A stretch of 64,000 bases of DNA, from assembly GCA_013265495.1 (NCBI GenBank), contig MU058000.1:2108001-2172000 (forward strand), in the 5' to 3' direction. Source of the stretch: Vicugna vicugna. Taxonomy: Eukaryota. Position 1 is the first letter of the stretch; each line of letters opens with the position of its first letter. Position numbers and translations under genes: made by a program. The notes beneath the pieces are model-generated. The model was not told where the DNA came from. It saw only the letters and a program-made list of their open reading frames with translations, and ran no database searches. This document shows positions 25,170 through 37,689 of this stretch, piece by piece.

Positions 25170-26250
25170 AACTCTGAAGTGGAAGCTACTATTATGTTCA
25201 GTTTATCAGCTAGGAAACCAAGATGCAGAGAGTCTAAATAGCTTTTCACATAGCTAGTAGGTGGCACAGCAGGATTTGGACCTAGCCATCTGACTCCAGG
25301 GCTTGTGTTCAATGACATCAGTATCGTGTTGTTTCTATGTCACCACTGGGACTATTACCTTTAGGATCTCATATGTTTATGTCATAAGTTTAATGACATC
25401 AGCTTGTTTGTCTCTGTGTCACTGCTGGAACTGCTACCTTCAGGCTCTCCTGGCCAGTTACTCATGCCTTCCTTCACTCATGCTTGCTCAGTTGCCTCCT
25501 CGAGCTCACTAGGGCTGCTCTTGTCTCAGGTCCTTTCACACATTGTACCCTCAGCCTGGAGACTCTCCACTGAGATATTTGCAGGGCTCACTCTCTCACC
25601 TTCTTCAGACCTTGCTCAAATCACCGATCTTCTATGAGCACTTTCCTGGTTAGGTTAAAACGGATTCTTCCCCCAAACTACCCGTTCCTTTTCCCTGCTT
25701 AGTTTTTCTCCATAGTATTCACCATCATCTACCATATTACATACATTTTACATACATGTTGTTTATTGTTTGACAACCACCATTAGAAGGAAAGCCTCAT
25801 GAAAGCAGAAAATGCTGTCTATTTTGTTGACTGCTGTATCTCTAGCATCTTGAATGATGGGTGGCAAATGGTAATCTGCAATAAATGTTCATTGAGTGAA
25901 TAACTTCCAGTTACCCCTCCTAAGGGGACAGGATTACTGGTTGTCAAACACTCCTCTCTGTTGGCCACTACTTGAAGAAACACTGTCAATGTTTGCCATT
26001 ATTTTACTTTTGTGGACAACCCAGTCTGATTTTTTTTTTTTACTGCTGCCATCATTTACCAAGTATCTTATACAGTTGTTAAGCATTTACATGTTTTCTC
26101 AAATAATTCCAACTCCTCTTGTAAAATAATTATTATAATACCCATTTTACAGAAAAAACAAGAACAAAAACAAAAACCTCAGGTGATGAGACTGTAAAGT
26201 AACTTACTTAAAGCCACTTGGCTAGTAGGTGCTAGAATTGATCTATTCAG
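25170..26250. mobile_element. MIR (-), L2 3' end (+, ~25440-25900), MIR (-)
   Basis: L2 end: catgaaagcagaaaatgctgtctattttgttgactgctgtatctctagca...aataaatgttcattgagtgaat; MIR core cccattttacaga at ~26140. Confidence 0.65.
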
Positions 26251-26319
26251 TCTAGCCACAGTCAAACTTTATAGGCCTATGAGGTATTTTTAAATTTCTA
26301 AGTGACTTCACATTGAGAG

Positions 26320-26790
26320 TGTATCAATTCAATATTTTTTTCTGCAAATAATGGCAAACTCAACTCCAACTGGTTTAAATAATAAAAGTTATTTATTGTT
26401 CCATGTAATTAAAAATTATAGGTACCCGTTCAGGGTTTATTCCTCAGGTTTATGATGTCTTCTGGAATATAGCTATATTTCTCTGCAGTTCTCTGGCTCG
26501 GTCCTATTCTGCGTCTACTGTATCCCCAGCTGGCTTTTCTTATGGTCAAAAGATTGGCACCACTATATCCCTAGTGTTGTCTATTCCATCTTACAGATTT
26601 TTTCCCCCTTTACTTCTCCACTAAATTTCAGGTCTTCCCTCTGATTGAAATGCTTGAGAATCAATAGTCTGATTGACTAAAAAAATCAAGACTTACCTAT
26701 CAAACTGGAAATGAAGTTGTTTATCCATGTTATCCAGTGATGGCATGTGGCGTACATATTGTGCAGGCAACCACGATATCCAATATGTAA
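26320..26790 (-). mobile_element. Old MaLR LTR (MLT1J/K/L-like)
   Basis: tgcaaataatggcaaactcaactccaactggtttaaataataaaagttatttattgttccatgtaatt resembles an antisense MLT1 3' end. Confidence 0.55.
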
Positions 26791-27679
26791 TATAGTTTGA
26801 GTATAGTTTGTTCCTCATATTTTCTATGCTTTATCTGAAAATCTTGCCTGGGAGCCATACGTATAATGACAATATGATAGACGGTGGAAGAGACCTCTTT
26901 CATAAACACTACTATATTAAGAATTACCTTTAAACTTTATTAATAGTCAACGACAGTAGAAGAATGGGGACTTACAAGGACATAAAAGAGAAAACAAGTG
27001 AAGAAAGAGGCAAGGGAAGAGACATACCTAGCTTTTTAGAAGAGAGGCAACAGGAAAGAAGAAGCAAGCCTCAACAGAAGACATAAAAATATTTAAGACA
27101 AATCTTGATTTGGTGATAGTTTTATTTAGATGCCTATCTCAGGGAGATGTTATCTGTTACTTGGTGATGAAACACAGCGTAAAATGCTTAACACAAAAGA
27201 AACAGGGCATTCTAATTTTCATCAAAGGAACCAAACTAAAAACTTGTCGCTGCATAATATTAGGAGTGACACCATAACTGAGGTGCCCTCCACAACTGGA
27301 ACGGTATCTGTTGAGCATAACGCTTCAGTTTATTCAGATAAATAATCCATGAAATCTCAGAAACAGAGTGTTTTTCAAATGACAACTGAAAGGTAACTGA
27401 CAGCCCTAGAGATGGAATCCCTCCATTAGTTGACAGAAAAGTGATCTCGTATATGTTGTTCTAACAACAATATTGTCTCAAGCAGTTGACGCGGCACTGA
27501 GCTTAGTGATTTACATTAAATGACAGAAAATATTTTTTCTTATTCTGGCTGTTTATAATCTAGGAGGACTCTGAAATATACACATATATATTCTCATTCA
27601 CAGCCTGCCAGAATAAGCGAGGAAACTTGAGCGGTGTGTGTGGGTGGGTGAGTGGGTGAGTGGGTGGATGCGTACAGTG

Positions 27680-27930
27680 TTTAATTTGGCAATTTCAGTG
27701 TTTGGTAATTTGAGTTATAATTTTAAAAGTGTGGCAAATTTGCTTAAAAAAATCTGATCTCTGATTTTGCTTGAAAAAAATTAAAAGATCTGAGAACAGT
27801 GGGTCCACCTGCACACATGATAATTGGTAGAAGCTGAACTGTGGCTCTCTTTAAATGAGTATCTTTTCTCCCATTTGCCATTTTACACTATGTATGGAAT
27901 CCCAGTTTTATTAATTCACTGCCCCCTATG
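27680..27930. mobile_element. DNA-transposon fragment (MER102-like)
   Basis: cttgaaaaaa..aagatctgagaacagtgggtccac...gaagctgaactgtggc resembles recalled MER102 consensus. Confidence 0.4.
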
Positions 27931-27944
27931 TAGCCATCATGTCC

Positions 27945-28915
27945 TATTGCAAAGCAAAGATAAGTAGCACCCAGTAATTATTAAAGGCAGCACGACAGCT
28001 TTTATTCAGACGAATGCAATAGGGGAGAAAGATTCCAGTATAAACTGAGTCCAGCTCCAACTAAGACAAAGGTGCCCGATGTGTTTAAAGGCAGAACAGA
28101 GATGCAACAATAGGGAGCTTTGGGTAAGTGGGAAAGCCGGAGCAAAAAGGAGCTAGGGAGACTATGGGGAAATGGAAAATCACAGAAGGGAAATGAATGG
28201 AAAATCCCTGAAAATGGTTAGGCATTGTGAATTGAGATAAGGTATGTCTCATGGTTTGTCAGTATTGTGTTTTCTCTAGCAAGGACTCGGCACAGGGTCA
28301 TCAGTCTCCTTTAGTGGCACAGCCTAGTACAAGTAGAAGCTGGGTTACAATGTGGACAAGTCCCTTAGTTCAGTGTTCTGGCGTGATGGTTAATTTTACA
28401 TGTCAACTTGACTGTGTAAAAGTACGCCCAGAAAGCTAGTAAAACATGATTTCTGGGTGTGTCTGTAAGGATCTTTTGAGAAGAGATTAGCATTTGAATT
28501 GGTGAGCTGAGTAAAGCAGATGGCCCTGCCCACTGTGGGTGGATATCATCCAATCTGTTGAGGGCCCAAATAGAACAAAAAGGCAGAAGAAGGGCAAATT
28601 CACGCTCTCCTTGCTTGTGCTGAGACATTCATCTTCTCCCTTCGGTCTGTGGCACTCCCAGTCCTCGAGCTTTCCAACTCAGATTAGGATTTACATCATA
28701 CCTGATTCCTTAGACTCAGATTGGAACTATATACCACTGGCTTTTCTGGGTCTCCAGCTTGCCGATGGCAGACTGTGGGACTTCTTGGCCTCCATAACTG
28801 CGTGAGCCCACTCCTAGAATAAATCTCCTCTTCCATATACCTGTATATTTGTATCTTGTTGGTTTTGTTTCTTGGAGAACCCTGACTAATACATCCAACA
28901 AGTCTTTTTTGCCAC
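27945..28915 (-). mobile_element. ERV1-type LTR, interrupted by MLT2 at 28382-28893
   Basis: cttttattcagacgaatgcaataggggagaaagattccagtataaactgagtccagctcc (antisense polyA signal and LTR-like sequence); right boundary uncertain. Confidence 0.55.
28382..28893 (+). mobile_element. ERVL solo LTR (MLT2-like)
   Basis: cgtgatggttaattttacatgtcaacttgact ... ggagaaccctgactaataca; homologous to 15624-16147. Confidence 0.92.
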
Positions 28916-29726
28916 ATGGGTGTTCGCAGTTCACACTTACAACTCAACTCCCGCATTAAAATTGAGACACAAAGCAGTTGAGCAACATGGAGGCAAGGAG
29001 AGGAAGGGAAGCAGGGGAAGGGCAGCCCAGTCTGCAAATCTTCTGTATGAAGAGTCCATATCCACTGCGGGGAAAGGGGTGTTAGCAGGAGGTACTTGAA
29101 ACCACAGGATAAACATGGCCCATTGCTCTTAATAATTTTACTGAATAAACTGATCATTCTGAACACATCTGAAATACCTCAGAGTCCACACGTCCCATGG
29201 CAGCACAGGGTTTATCTGTTCTGCTCATTGTTGTTACTGTAGACTCTACCATCATGTCAGATTCGCATTGTTTCGCCTCCTTCTCCTCCTCCTCCTCCTC
29301 TCTTCCTGTCACTCTGCTTCTTCATTCTTCTTCATCATGTCTTTTTTTTCTTCTTTGAATCTTAAAGTAGATTATATAAAAAGATATTCAGGAAATTGAC
29401 AGTAAAGATTTCAATCTCTCTATACAAAATAGATGAACAACAAGGACCTACTGTATAGCACAGGAAATTATATTAAATTTCTTATAAGCTATAATAAAAA
29501 AGACTGAGACTTTTATATATATATATATATACATATATATATAAAAAAGTGAACTGCTTTGCTATACATGGGAAACTGACATTATAAATCAACTAAATTT
29601 CAATAAAAAATAAAATTAAAAAAATTAAAAATAAATAAAAAGATTTCAGTTTGTATTTCTGCACTATTAAGAATATAAATCTTTTCAAGTCCCTATATTC
29701 AGCAATAGATTTTATGGAGACAGACA
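28655..29726. repeat. Copy 1 of ~1.06-kb direct duplication flanking the gap
   Basis: Matches 30625-31676 except a 20-bp indel (28891-28910) and one substitution seen (29053 A vs 31003 T). Confidence 0.95.
29418..29638 (+). mobile_element. Short 5'-truncated L1 3'UTR with TSD
   Basis: aaatagatgaacaacaaggacctactgtatagcacagg...aaatcaactaaatttcaataaaaa; TSD aaagatttcaatct (29404-29417) / aaagatttcagttt (29639-29652); repeated at ~31368-31588. Confidence 0.85.
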
Positions 29727-30624
29727 NNNNNNNNNNNNNNNNNNNNNNNNNNNNNNNNNNNNNNNNNNNNNNNNNNNNNNNNNNNNNNNNNNNNNNNNNN
29801 NNNNNNNNNNNNNNNNNNNNNNNNNNNNNNNNNNNNNNNNNNNNNNNNNNNNNNNNNNNNNNNNNNNNNNNNNNNNNNNNNNNNNNNNNNNNNNNNNNNN
29901 NNNNNNNNNNNNNNNNNNNNNNNNNNNNNNNNNNNNNNNNNNNNNNNNNNNNNNNNNNNNNNNNNNNNNNNNNNNNNNNNNNNNNNNNNNNNNNNNNNNN
30001 NNNNNNNNNNNNNNNNNNNNNNNNNNNNNNNNNNNNNNNNNNNNNNNNNNNNNNNNNNNNNNNNNNNNNNNNNNNNNNNNNNNNNNNNNNNNNNNNNNNN
30101 NNNNNNNNNNNNNNNNNNNNNNNNNNNNNNNNNNNNNNNNNNNNNNNNNNNNNNNNNNNNNNNNNNNNNNNNNNNNNNNNNNNNNNNNNNNNNNNNNNNN
30201 NNNNNNNNNNNNNNNNNNNNNNNNNNNNNNNNNNNNNNNNNNNNNNNNNNNNNNNNNNNNNNNNNNNNNNNNNNNNNNNNNNNNNNNNNNNNNNNNNNNN
30301 NNNNNNNNNNNNNNNNNNNNNNNNNNNNNNNNNNNNNNNNNNNNNNNNNNNNNNNNNNNNNNNNNNNNNNNNNNNNNNNNNNNNNNNNNNNNNNNNNNNN
30401 NNNNNNNNNNNNNNNNNNNNNNNNNNNNNNNNNNNNNNNNNNNNNNNNNNNNNNNNNNNNNNNNNNNNNNNNNNNNNNNNNNNNNNNNNNNNNNNNNNNN
30501 NNNNNNNNNNNNNNNNNNNNNNNNNNNNNNNNNNNNNNNNNNNNNNNNNNNNNNNNNNNNNNNNNNNNNNNNNNNNNNNNNNNNNNNNNNNNNNNNNNNN
30601 NNNNNNNNNNNNNNNNNNNNNNNN
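29727..30624. other. Assembly gap (898 N)
   Basis: Run of N. Confidence 1.
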
Positions 30625-31676
30625 CTCCCAGTCCTCGAGCTTTCCAACTCAGATTAGGATTTACATCATACCTGATTCCTTAGACTCAGATTGGAACTAT
30701 ATACCACTGGCTTTTCTGGGTCTCCAGCTTGCCGATGGCAGACTGTGGGACTTCTTGGCCTCCATAACTGCGTGAGCCCACTCCTAGAATAAATCTCCTC
30801 TTCCATATACCTGTATATTTGTATCTTGTTGGTTTTGTTTCTTGGAGAACCCTGACTAATGCCACATGGGTGTTCGCAGTTCACACTTACAACTCAACTC
30901 CCGCATTAAAATTGAGACACAAAGCAGTTGAGCAACATGGAGGCAAGGAGAGGAAGGGAAGCAGGGGAAGGGCAGCCCAGTCTGCAAATCTTCTGTATGA
31001 AGTGTCCATATCCACTGCGGGGAAAGGGGTGTTAGCAGGAGGTACTTGAAACCACAGGATAAACATGGCCCATTGCTCTTAATAATTTTACTGAATAAAC
31101 TGATCATTCTGAACACATCTGAAATACCTCAGAGTCCACACGTCCCATGGCAGCACAGGGTTTATCTGTTCTGCTCATTGTTGTTACTGTAGACTCTACC
31201 ATCATGTCAGATTCGCATTGTTTCGCCTCCTTCTCCTCCTCCTCCTCCTCTCTTCCTGTCACTCTGCTTCTTCATTCTTCTTCATCATGTCTTTTTTTTC
31301 TTCTTTGAATCTTAAAGTAGATTATATAAAAAGATATTCAGGAAATTGACAGTAAAGATTTCAATCTCTCTATACAAAATAGATGAACAACAAGGACCTA
31401 CTGTATAGCACAGGAAATTATATTAAATTTCTTATAAGCTATAATAAAAAAGACTGAGACTTTTATATATATATATATATACATATATATATAAAAAAGT
31501 GAACTGCTTTGCTATACATGGGAAACTGACATTATAAATCAACTAAATTTCAATAAAAAATAAAATTAAAAAAATTAAAAATAAATAAAAAGATTTCAGT
31601 TTGTATTTCTGCACTATTAAGAATATAAATCTTTTCAAGTCCCTATATTCAGCAATAGATTTTATGGAGACAGACA
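30625..31676. repeat. Copy 2 of duplication flanking the gap
   Basis: See 28655-29726; starts at the first base after the gap. Confidence 0.95.
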
Positions 31677-32029
31677 CAGAGCAAGACAGAGAGAGAGGGA
31701 GATTGACTTGAAAAAGAGAGATCCTGGAGTCAAAATAGTTCAAAAGATGATAATTCCTGTGTGTAAATTATCCATTTTGAGATTTTCTGCGTGGGCTCAA
31801 TCTTTTGTTTCACTTTGCTTTTTGAAAAAAGTATTTATGATCTAATTTTAATGTAGAGAAATTCAATAATTAAAAAGAACAGTGCTGAATGTTAACACAT
31901 GAAAGTCAAGGTGTCAAATAGTCATTTGGGAACATTAAAAAATTGGGTTTAGGTTAAATCACTCTCTCTAAGGTGTTTGGTGTAGGCTTTATAATTTATT
32001 CAGAGTTTTCTGGTCTCCCAAATTTAGCT

Positions 32030-32420
32030 TGAAAACATGCCGGAAGGGATATAATTTTTCCCCATAACTTTCTGCTCCCGTTTGGAATGCAGATTTTTTC
32101 AGAGTAACATCTTACATGGTTTGATACCTCTTTCACTTCCGCCTACCGAACTGCAGAGAATACGAACCCCTGTCACTAATATTTGCTAACTTTTTCTAAT
32201 GTTTGCGATGAAGTGGATTTCAAGTGGACCAGTGCAAAATAGCAGGAGCATAGGGGTGGCTGTCTGAATTTCCGTTTCTTGAGTTTGCTTGCTGATCCTC
32301 CAATTTTATTACTTCTCTTCCTTCTTCATGGAGCAGCTAGTTGACTGACAGGCCTGCATCAGATGTGCATCTCGTAACTTACAAGCTGTCACTTCCCTTT
32401 TCTAAGCAGAACCTTTGGTT
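32030..32420. promoter_or_regulatory. Candidate enhancer with ETS-like motif cluster
   Basis: CCGGAAG 32040, CACTTCCG 32134, ATTTCCG 32268, CACTTCCC 32390 in non-repetitive sequence. Confidence 0.3.
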
Positions 32421-32929
32421 AGGGACGATGAAACAAATCCCTCAGAGGTTTGATTATTTTTTTTTTATTTCAAAATATTTATGGGAGTGAAGGGTTCCCA
32501 TAGTTACAGCTATTGTTATCAATTTTTTTTTCTTTAATGCCAGTTTTCCTGTGGTAAAGTGTTTATTTCTTGGGATGATAGTCAAGAGGTCAGTATCACA
32601 GTCTGTCACTATGCAATGCAGTAAACTTAGCCTATTCTTTATTAAAAAGCAGAAAGAGATTCCTTTCCTGGCTATTGAATTGTTTTAAGAAAGCACTGTA
32701 CATTTTTCAGCTCTTCCTGGTTGGATAACCTCTTTCCTCTCCAGCTACCCAGTGCCTAGCGACCCCAATCAAAAGAGACGTTCACTGGTATAAGAGCAGC
32801 ACTTATTAAGACTATTGCTTTTAATGAGATAGATAAAAAAGATCATGATTACTTGAAGAGAGAAATTTACTTTTACTTCAAATTTAGGAAAAAGAAATCT
32901 CAGGCAATTAGTTACTAATGATAAAGCCT

Positions 32930-33480
32930 TACTGAGCACTAAACATCTGTCAGTTACCAGGCTAAGGTTGGAAGACCTGTAAATAAATGTATCTCATCTT
33001 CTATCCTCAAGGAGTTAAGAAGTAGAGGAAACAAACATTTAAACACTGACTCTAAAAAACTGTACATGCAATAAAAAGTGTCTAGACAAAGATTAATAGG
33101 AATACATATGAGAAGGAATCTAGTTCTTTTTTAGGGCTGTGTTGAGAAAAATCTGAGGCAAAAAAAGGTAGTAAATGGGTTGAGCCTTGAAGTGTATGTA
33201 GGAGTTCACTAGACCCACCAGAGACAAAGAGGAAAAAATGAAAGAGAGGAGATGGTGACATGTCGCGTTGTTGTCCTCGTAGCATGGCCCATGGCACAGG
33301 CAAGCATAATGTGAAACAGCATGGGTTTGTCACGCCAGGGTACAGACAGAAGAGTTGAGACATGAGATTAGAAGGGCTAATTTTCCCGGGGGGCATGTCC
33401 TAAAGGGCCGGGCAGAGCATAAGCAGATTCTTGATCAACGTATAACCTAGGGAAAGGACAAGAAGGCGTCCCATGCTGTA
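32930..33480 (-). mobile_element. L2 LINE fragments
   Basis: ttactgagcact...ccaggctaagg...atcctcaaggagtt...ttgagccttgaagtgtatgtaggagttcactag, antisense L2. Confidence 0.55.
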
Positions 33481-33759
33481 TAGGGAGAAGACATTTCTCT
33501 CTTTTCAGAATAAAAGACCCAGGAGGCTAGATCTGAACAGAGACCTTACTGAAGACAGTAGAGAAAAGAAGCTCAGAAGGTGGCAAATGCAGTAATTAAG
33601 GAGCAACAGCTTCATCTGTTGGGGAGTGGGAGGGGTCAGTGGCAGGCATTAAAGGGGAGGAAGGACATATGCAAAGCCCACTTGTGGGAAGAGTGTGATG
33701 GCTCGCAGGCTTCCGCAGAAGTAGGCCAGTGTCTGGGAACAAGTTACCAGTTCAAAGCG

Positions 33760-34350
33760 AAAGTGATAAAGACTGCGATGAGGATGGTGTCAGGGAAAGT
33801 GAGGTCACACAGCGGCCCTGAGAAACGCCCTGGCACATCGAGTGTCACTTCCTAGTCTCCAGCTCCTCGCCTAAGCCTCGCTGCCCGCTCTGCGCTGGGA
33901 GGGCGAGACCAGGCTGGTCCTCAGACATGGCCTGCAATTATTTGCATCACCCTGTCTGCAGTTCCTTTTTCCAGCGCAGATTTCCACCAGCTCTTCTGTT
34001 TTTGAAGAGTGAAATAGAAGCAACCAGGAGGAACAGCTTGTTCAACCTACGGTCGCTATGGAGGAGATGGTAAACATTTCCACGTTCGCTTACTTTGGCT
34101 GTGGGGACTCTTCCTCCGTTTCACCTGCTCCTTGCCTGGAGCATCAAGTCAGGAGAGAGCAGATGATTGGAGCTGCAAAGCCTCTGATTTGCCACCAGAG
34201 GCATTAAACGCAGGCCCTTGTTTCATGAAATTCTGCCCCAGAAAAATAGAATCCTTCTGCGTGGCCTCAGCTTTCTCTGCTCCACTCGGATGCAGTTCTA
34301 AGGAGGAGAAAACAGCAGGGGGTGAAGGGGAGAAGCAGGCCTGATATTCT
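33760..34350 (+). promoter_or_regulatory. GC/CpG-enriched unique segment, candidate promoter or first exon
   Basis: Locally raised GC and CpG; octamer ATTTGCAT 33940-33947; Kozak ATG at 33927; possible donor at 34070. Confidence 0.3.
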
Positions 34351-36684
34351 GTGCACCGTGGGGGACAATACTGCTGAATAATTCACTGATAATGCAAACA
34401 GGCTCCAACTGGCAGACAATTCCCTTTCATCCAAATGATTTATCTGAAAATTAAAAAGTCAAACTGAAATCAAAATAGCAGTATTAATTTACAGAACTCA
34501 GAGTGTGAATTAGAGGAAAACATTTAATATGTATACCAGGAGAGCATTATGGGAATGGGACTAAAATAGTACGATTTTAAACTTTTTTTTAAATCTGTGG
34601 GCAACTATCATTTACATTCAGTTCAGCCTGGAAATTAGATTGCAATGATACATAGATGCTATTAAGGTGTAGATAGTGGGGCTATATTCTGATCCCCAAG
34701 AGCCGCTAATTGAATTGTTTCTATGATAATGGATAAATGTTGAATTGCTCTGTGCAGAAACTAAAAAAAAAATATTTCCTGTGATCCATTTTATACTCAA
34801 GCCATAGGCAAAGCCAACTAATGACATTCAGCATTTATTCAGTCTAAGTCCCCATTCTAAAGGTAACATTTCAACCATTTCTCTAAACGATGATAAATAT
34901 GTGAAGCCAAGATATCCTAAGGATGGAATTATTTTATCAAAGTTAATTCCTCCACAGAATCACAACCTTAAAGTTTTCCATCAAAGGTGAGTGGCCAAAG
35001 TAGAATTGAATTATGTTACCGAGGCAAGAGAAGGAAAAGAGAAGATAATGTGTGGAAGATTTGAAGCCATATCTAATAGGTTTTTTTTTTCTTTGCAACA
35101 CAGTTGGTTTATCTGTTTTCCAGTAATCAGCTAGAAAGTTGTGTGTGAGAGAGAAAGCTCACACACATAGGCTGCATGCAGAACATACCATAAAATCATT
35201 TAAGATTTTTTTAAATTAAGATAATTAGAGTTTCTTAAAGTCTAGTTGCCCACCTGGTTTACCATCCATGGAGCTGAGAATAATAAGTAAATGGTAATGC
35301 AAATTTATATGATATGTGTGTAGCAGTGAAGTAAATTTAAATGGGCTCAAGGTTTCATTTGAGTGCCCGTATGAAAATTCAGTAGCTTTCCTGAAGCCTT
35401 TCCCATCTTTTCTGAATGCAAATTTGGCTCTAGAATTCTCATGCGAAGCAGGCTCCCAAGTGATATTCTTGGCACTTAACACATCTAACACCTAATAGAA
35501 TCCAAAAGTGAGATGGCACATGAAAATGAGAAAGTATAGTAAAACTGGTTCAAATAATGGGCACGTAAATGAAAATTACGAAAGTTGAGCCTTATGCTGA
35601 AATTGAGGGTTGGGGAAGTACTTGTCTATTTTATAGAAAAGATTATGATTTTTATAACTAAAACCATTCTCCTTTCTTCTTCTCTTTGTATCTCTCATCA
35701 TCACAGAAAATCAGCAAATTCTATTGCCCTGAAGGGGTTACGTATAGACCCGCCTGTATCACTGATCTTTGTTCATATGCACAGCGAGGTTTGAGCAGCC
35801 TTGAAACGGCCTGTTCTGTCTGCTTCCCCCAGTCACCTGCTTCTTCACTCTGAGCCCTTCTCCTGTACTTTGCTCACATGTCACTTTCACAGTTCAGCCA
35901 ATCATCATCCCCATCCATTGGCCAGAAGGCGTGGCCTGCTTTATTTTTCCACAATCATTATCTAGTATGTATTTCTTCACTCATAATTTTGCATTTTTTC
36001 TTTGATATCTCCCTCCCCAAAGATAATCTCTACAAGGAATGGTATTTAGAATTGTTTCTTGCACGTAGTAGATATTAAATAAATACCTTGTTACATGAAC
36101 TACTTTTCTTAGGAAGAACTGACCCCTGGAAGTTTTCGTAGTCTTTGTTAACGATTAGCAAAAATGTCAGCTCTAGCTGCTAATGAACCTGGGAATTAAC
36201 TACAGCAACATAAGTCAGGAGGGAGTGATAAAAAGTTGAATTTTCTAACTTTGTGAAGTCTCTAATTTTAAAGGAAAAAAAACAAGGCAAAGTGTGTAAT
36301 TCACTATAATCTAAAATTTGAGGGACCCTACAGAATTCTATTGCATCAGTTACAGGTTAACTATCTTCATTTTGATGGGAACTATTTTAGCGATAAATTT
36401 CAAGGCCTTGCATAAGAAACCGACAGAAATGAAATCATAAGTATTGTTTTTAATATTGAATCTATGACTTTGAAAAAAACAGGGAGATTTGGAAAGAAAC
36501 AGTGTGGATAGTGTCCTCTTTATGAGTTACATCTGTGGACTATGATTTTGATTCACAAGGACAAAGCATTCCTGACCAGGTAAAAGTGATTACAGCATTT
36601 TCAAGTTGTTAATGGCCAGGGAATACTAGCATTAATATGACAAGGCATAGCATATTTTCTCTCTCTTCCTCAAAACACACATAG

Positions 36685-36697
36685 GCACGCGCGCGTG

Positions 36698-36729
<32 letters not shown>
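36685..36729. repeat. Alternating purine-pyrimidine tract (CG)n-(CA)n
   Basis: gcacgcgcgcgtgcat followed by (AC)14. Confidence 0.95.
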
Positions 36730-37689
36730 AGCCCATGGATGAGAACTCAAAATGGTAATAACATAGATGGGTAAAAACATAGATGAATAAAAACTGAAAG
36801 ATGAAATGTTAATTTAAAAGATTTTTTAAAACATTTTCATCGTTATCTAGATATGATAAGAAGGAGGTTTAATTCCCGTTGTTTCACTCATTCAGTAAAT
36901 GTAAGTGTCCCCTTTGTCTACTGCCAGGCCATATCTTAAATGCTGTAGGTAAAAAATGCACATAACAAACACAGCCTCTGCCCTCGTGACACTGACATTC
37001 CTGTGAGAAGCAGTAGGGTCGAATGGATTGCATTAGGACTGATGTATAAAATTATGGGGAAGAATCATTTAGCTTAACTGGGGAATGTGATCTTCAGAAA
37101 TAAAATCTATTTCTCATGAAGTACTGAGTTCTTTATTCCTGGGAATATCTGAGTGGAATCTCATCAGTGACTTTAAAGGGGTTCTCTAGAAAAGCTTAAC
37201 GGATCAGAGGGAGGACATGTTAGACAACTCCGAAGGTCATTTCCAGCTCATAAATCCGCTGATTCAGTATTCAAGGGGCTCAGTATTCACAATAGGAGTA
37301 TTTAGTTTATTAAGTGTATTATAAAGCTTTGGGAGAAATTTACAGTCAAATTAATTGCCTCACACCTAGAAACTCTGCAGCACAGTCTCGCTTCTATTAT
37401 TATAACAGAATGGATAATATAATCTGCACATTGGAAGTTCTGGGTTTCAGTTGGCTTTGCAGCAGTTTAGTCAGTAACCCGCAATTTTTTAACGTAACTG
37501 TAATTGCCCAAAAAATCAGCAAGAAAGTTTTTCACTGGTTTCATAAAAATATTGGAATTGAGTGGTTTGTGGAAATCATCCGAGACTATGGCTTTGGAAG
37601 TATTATGCTTAACTATTAGTCGTAATTCAGAATTTTTATTGGAGCCTTTTTGATACGATCTCTGATTTACACTGTGCTTGTGAATCCAC

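Noticed and set aside
28696..29166. 156-aa minus-strand ORF
   Set aside because: Runs through an MLT2 LTR and is frameshifted by the 20-bp indel in the second copy
29651..30775. 374-aa and 311-aa ORFs in the track
   Set aside because: Artefacts of translating the N gap
34188..34210. CTCF-like motif gccaccagaggca
   Set aside because: Spacing is one base short of the core consensus
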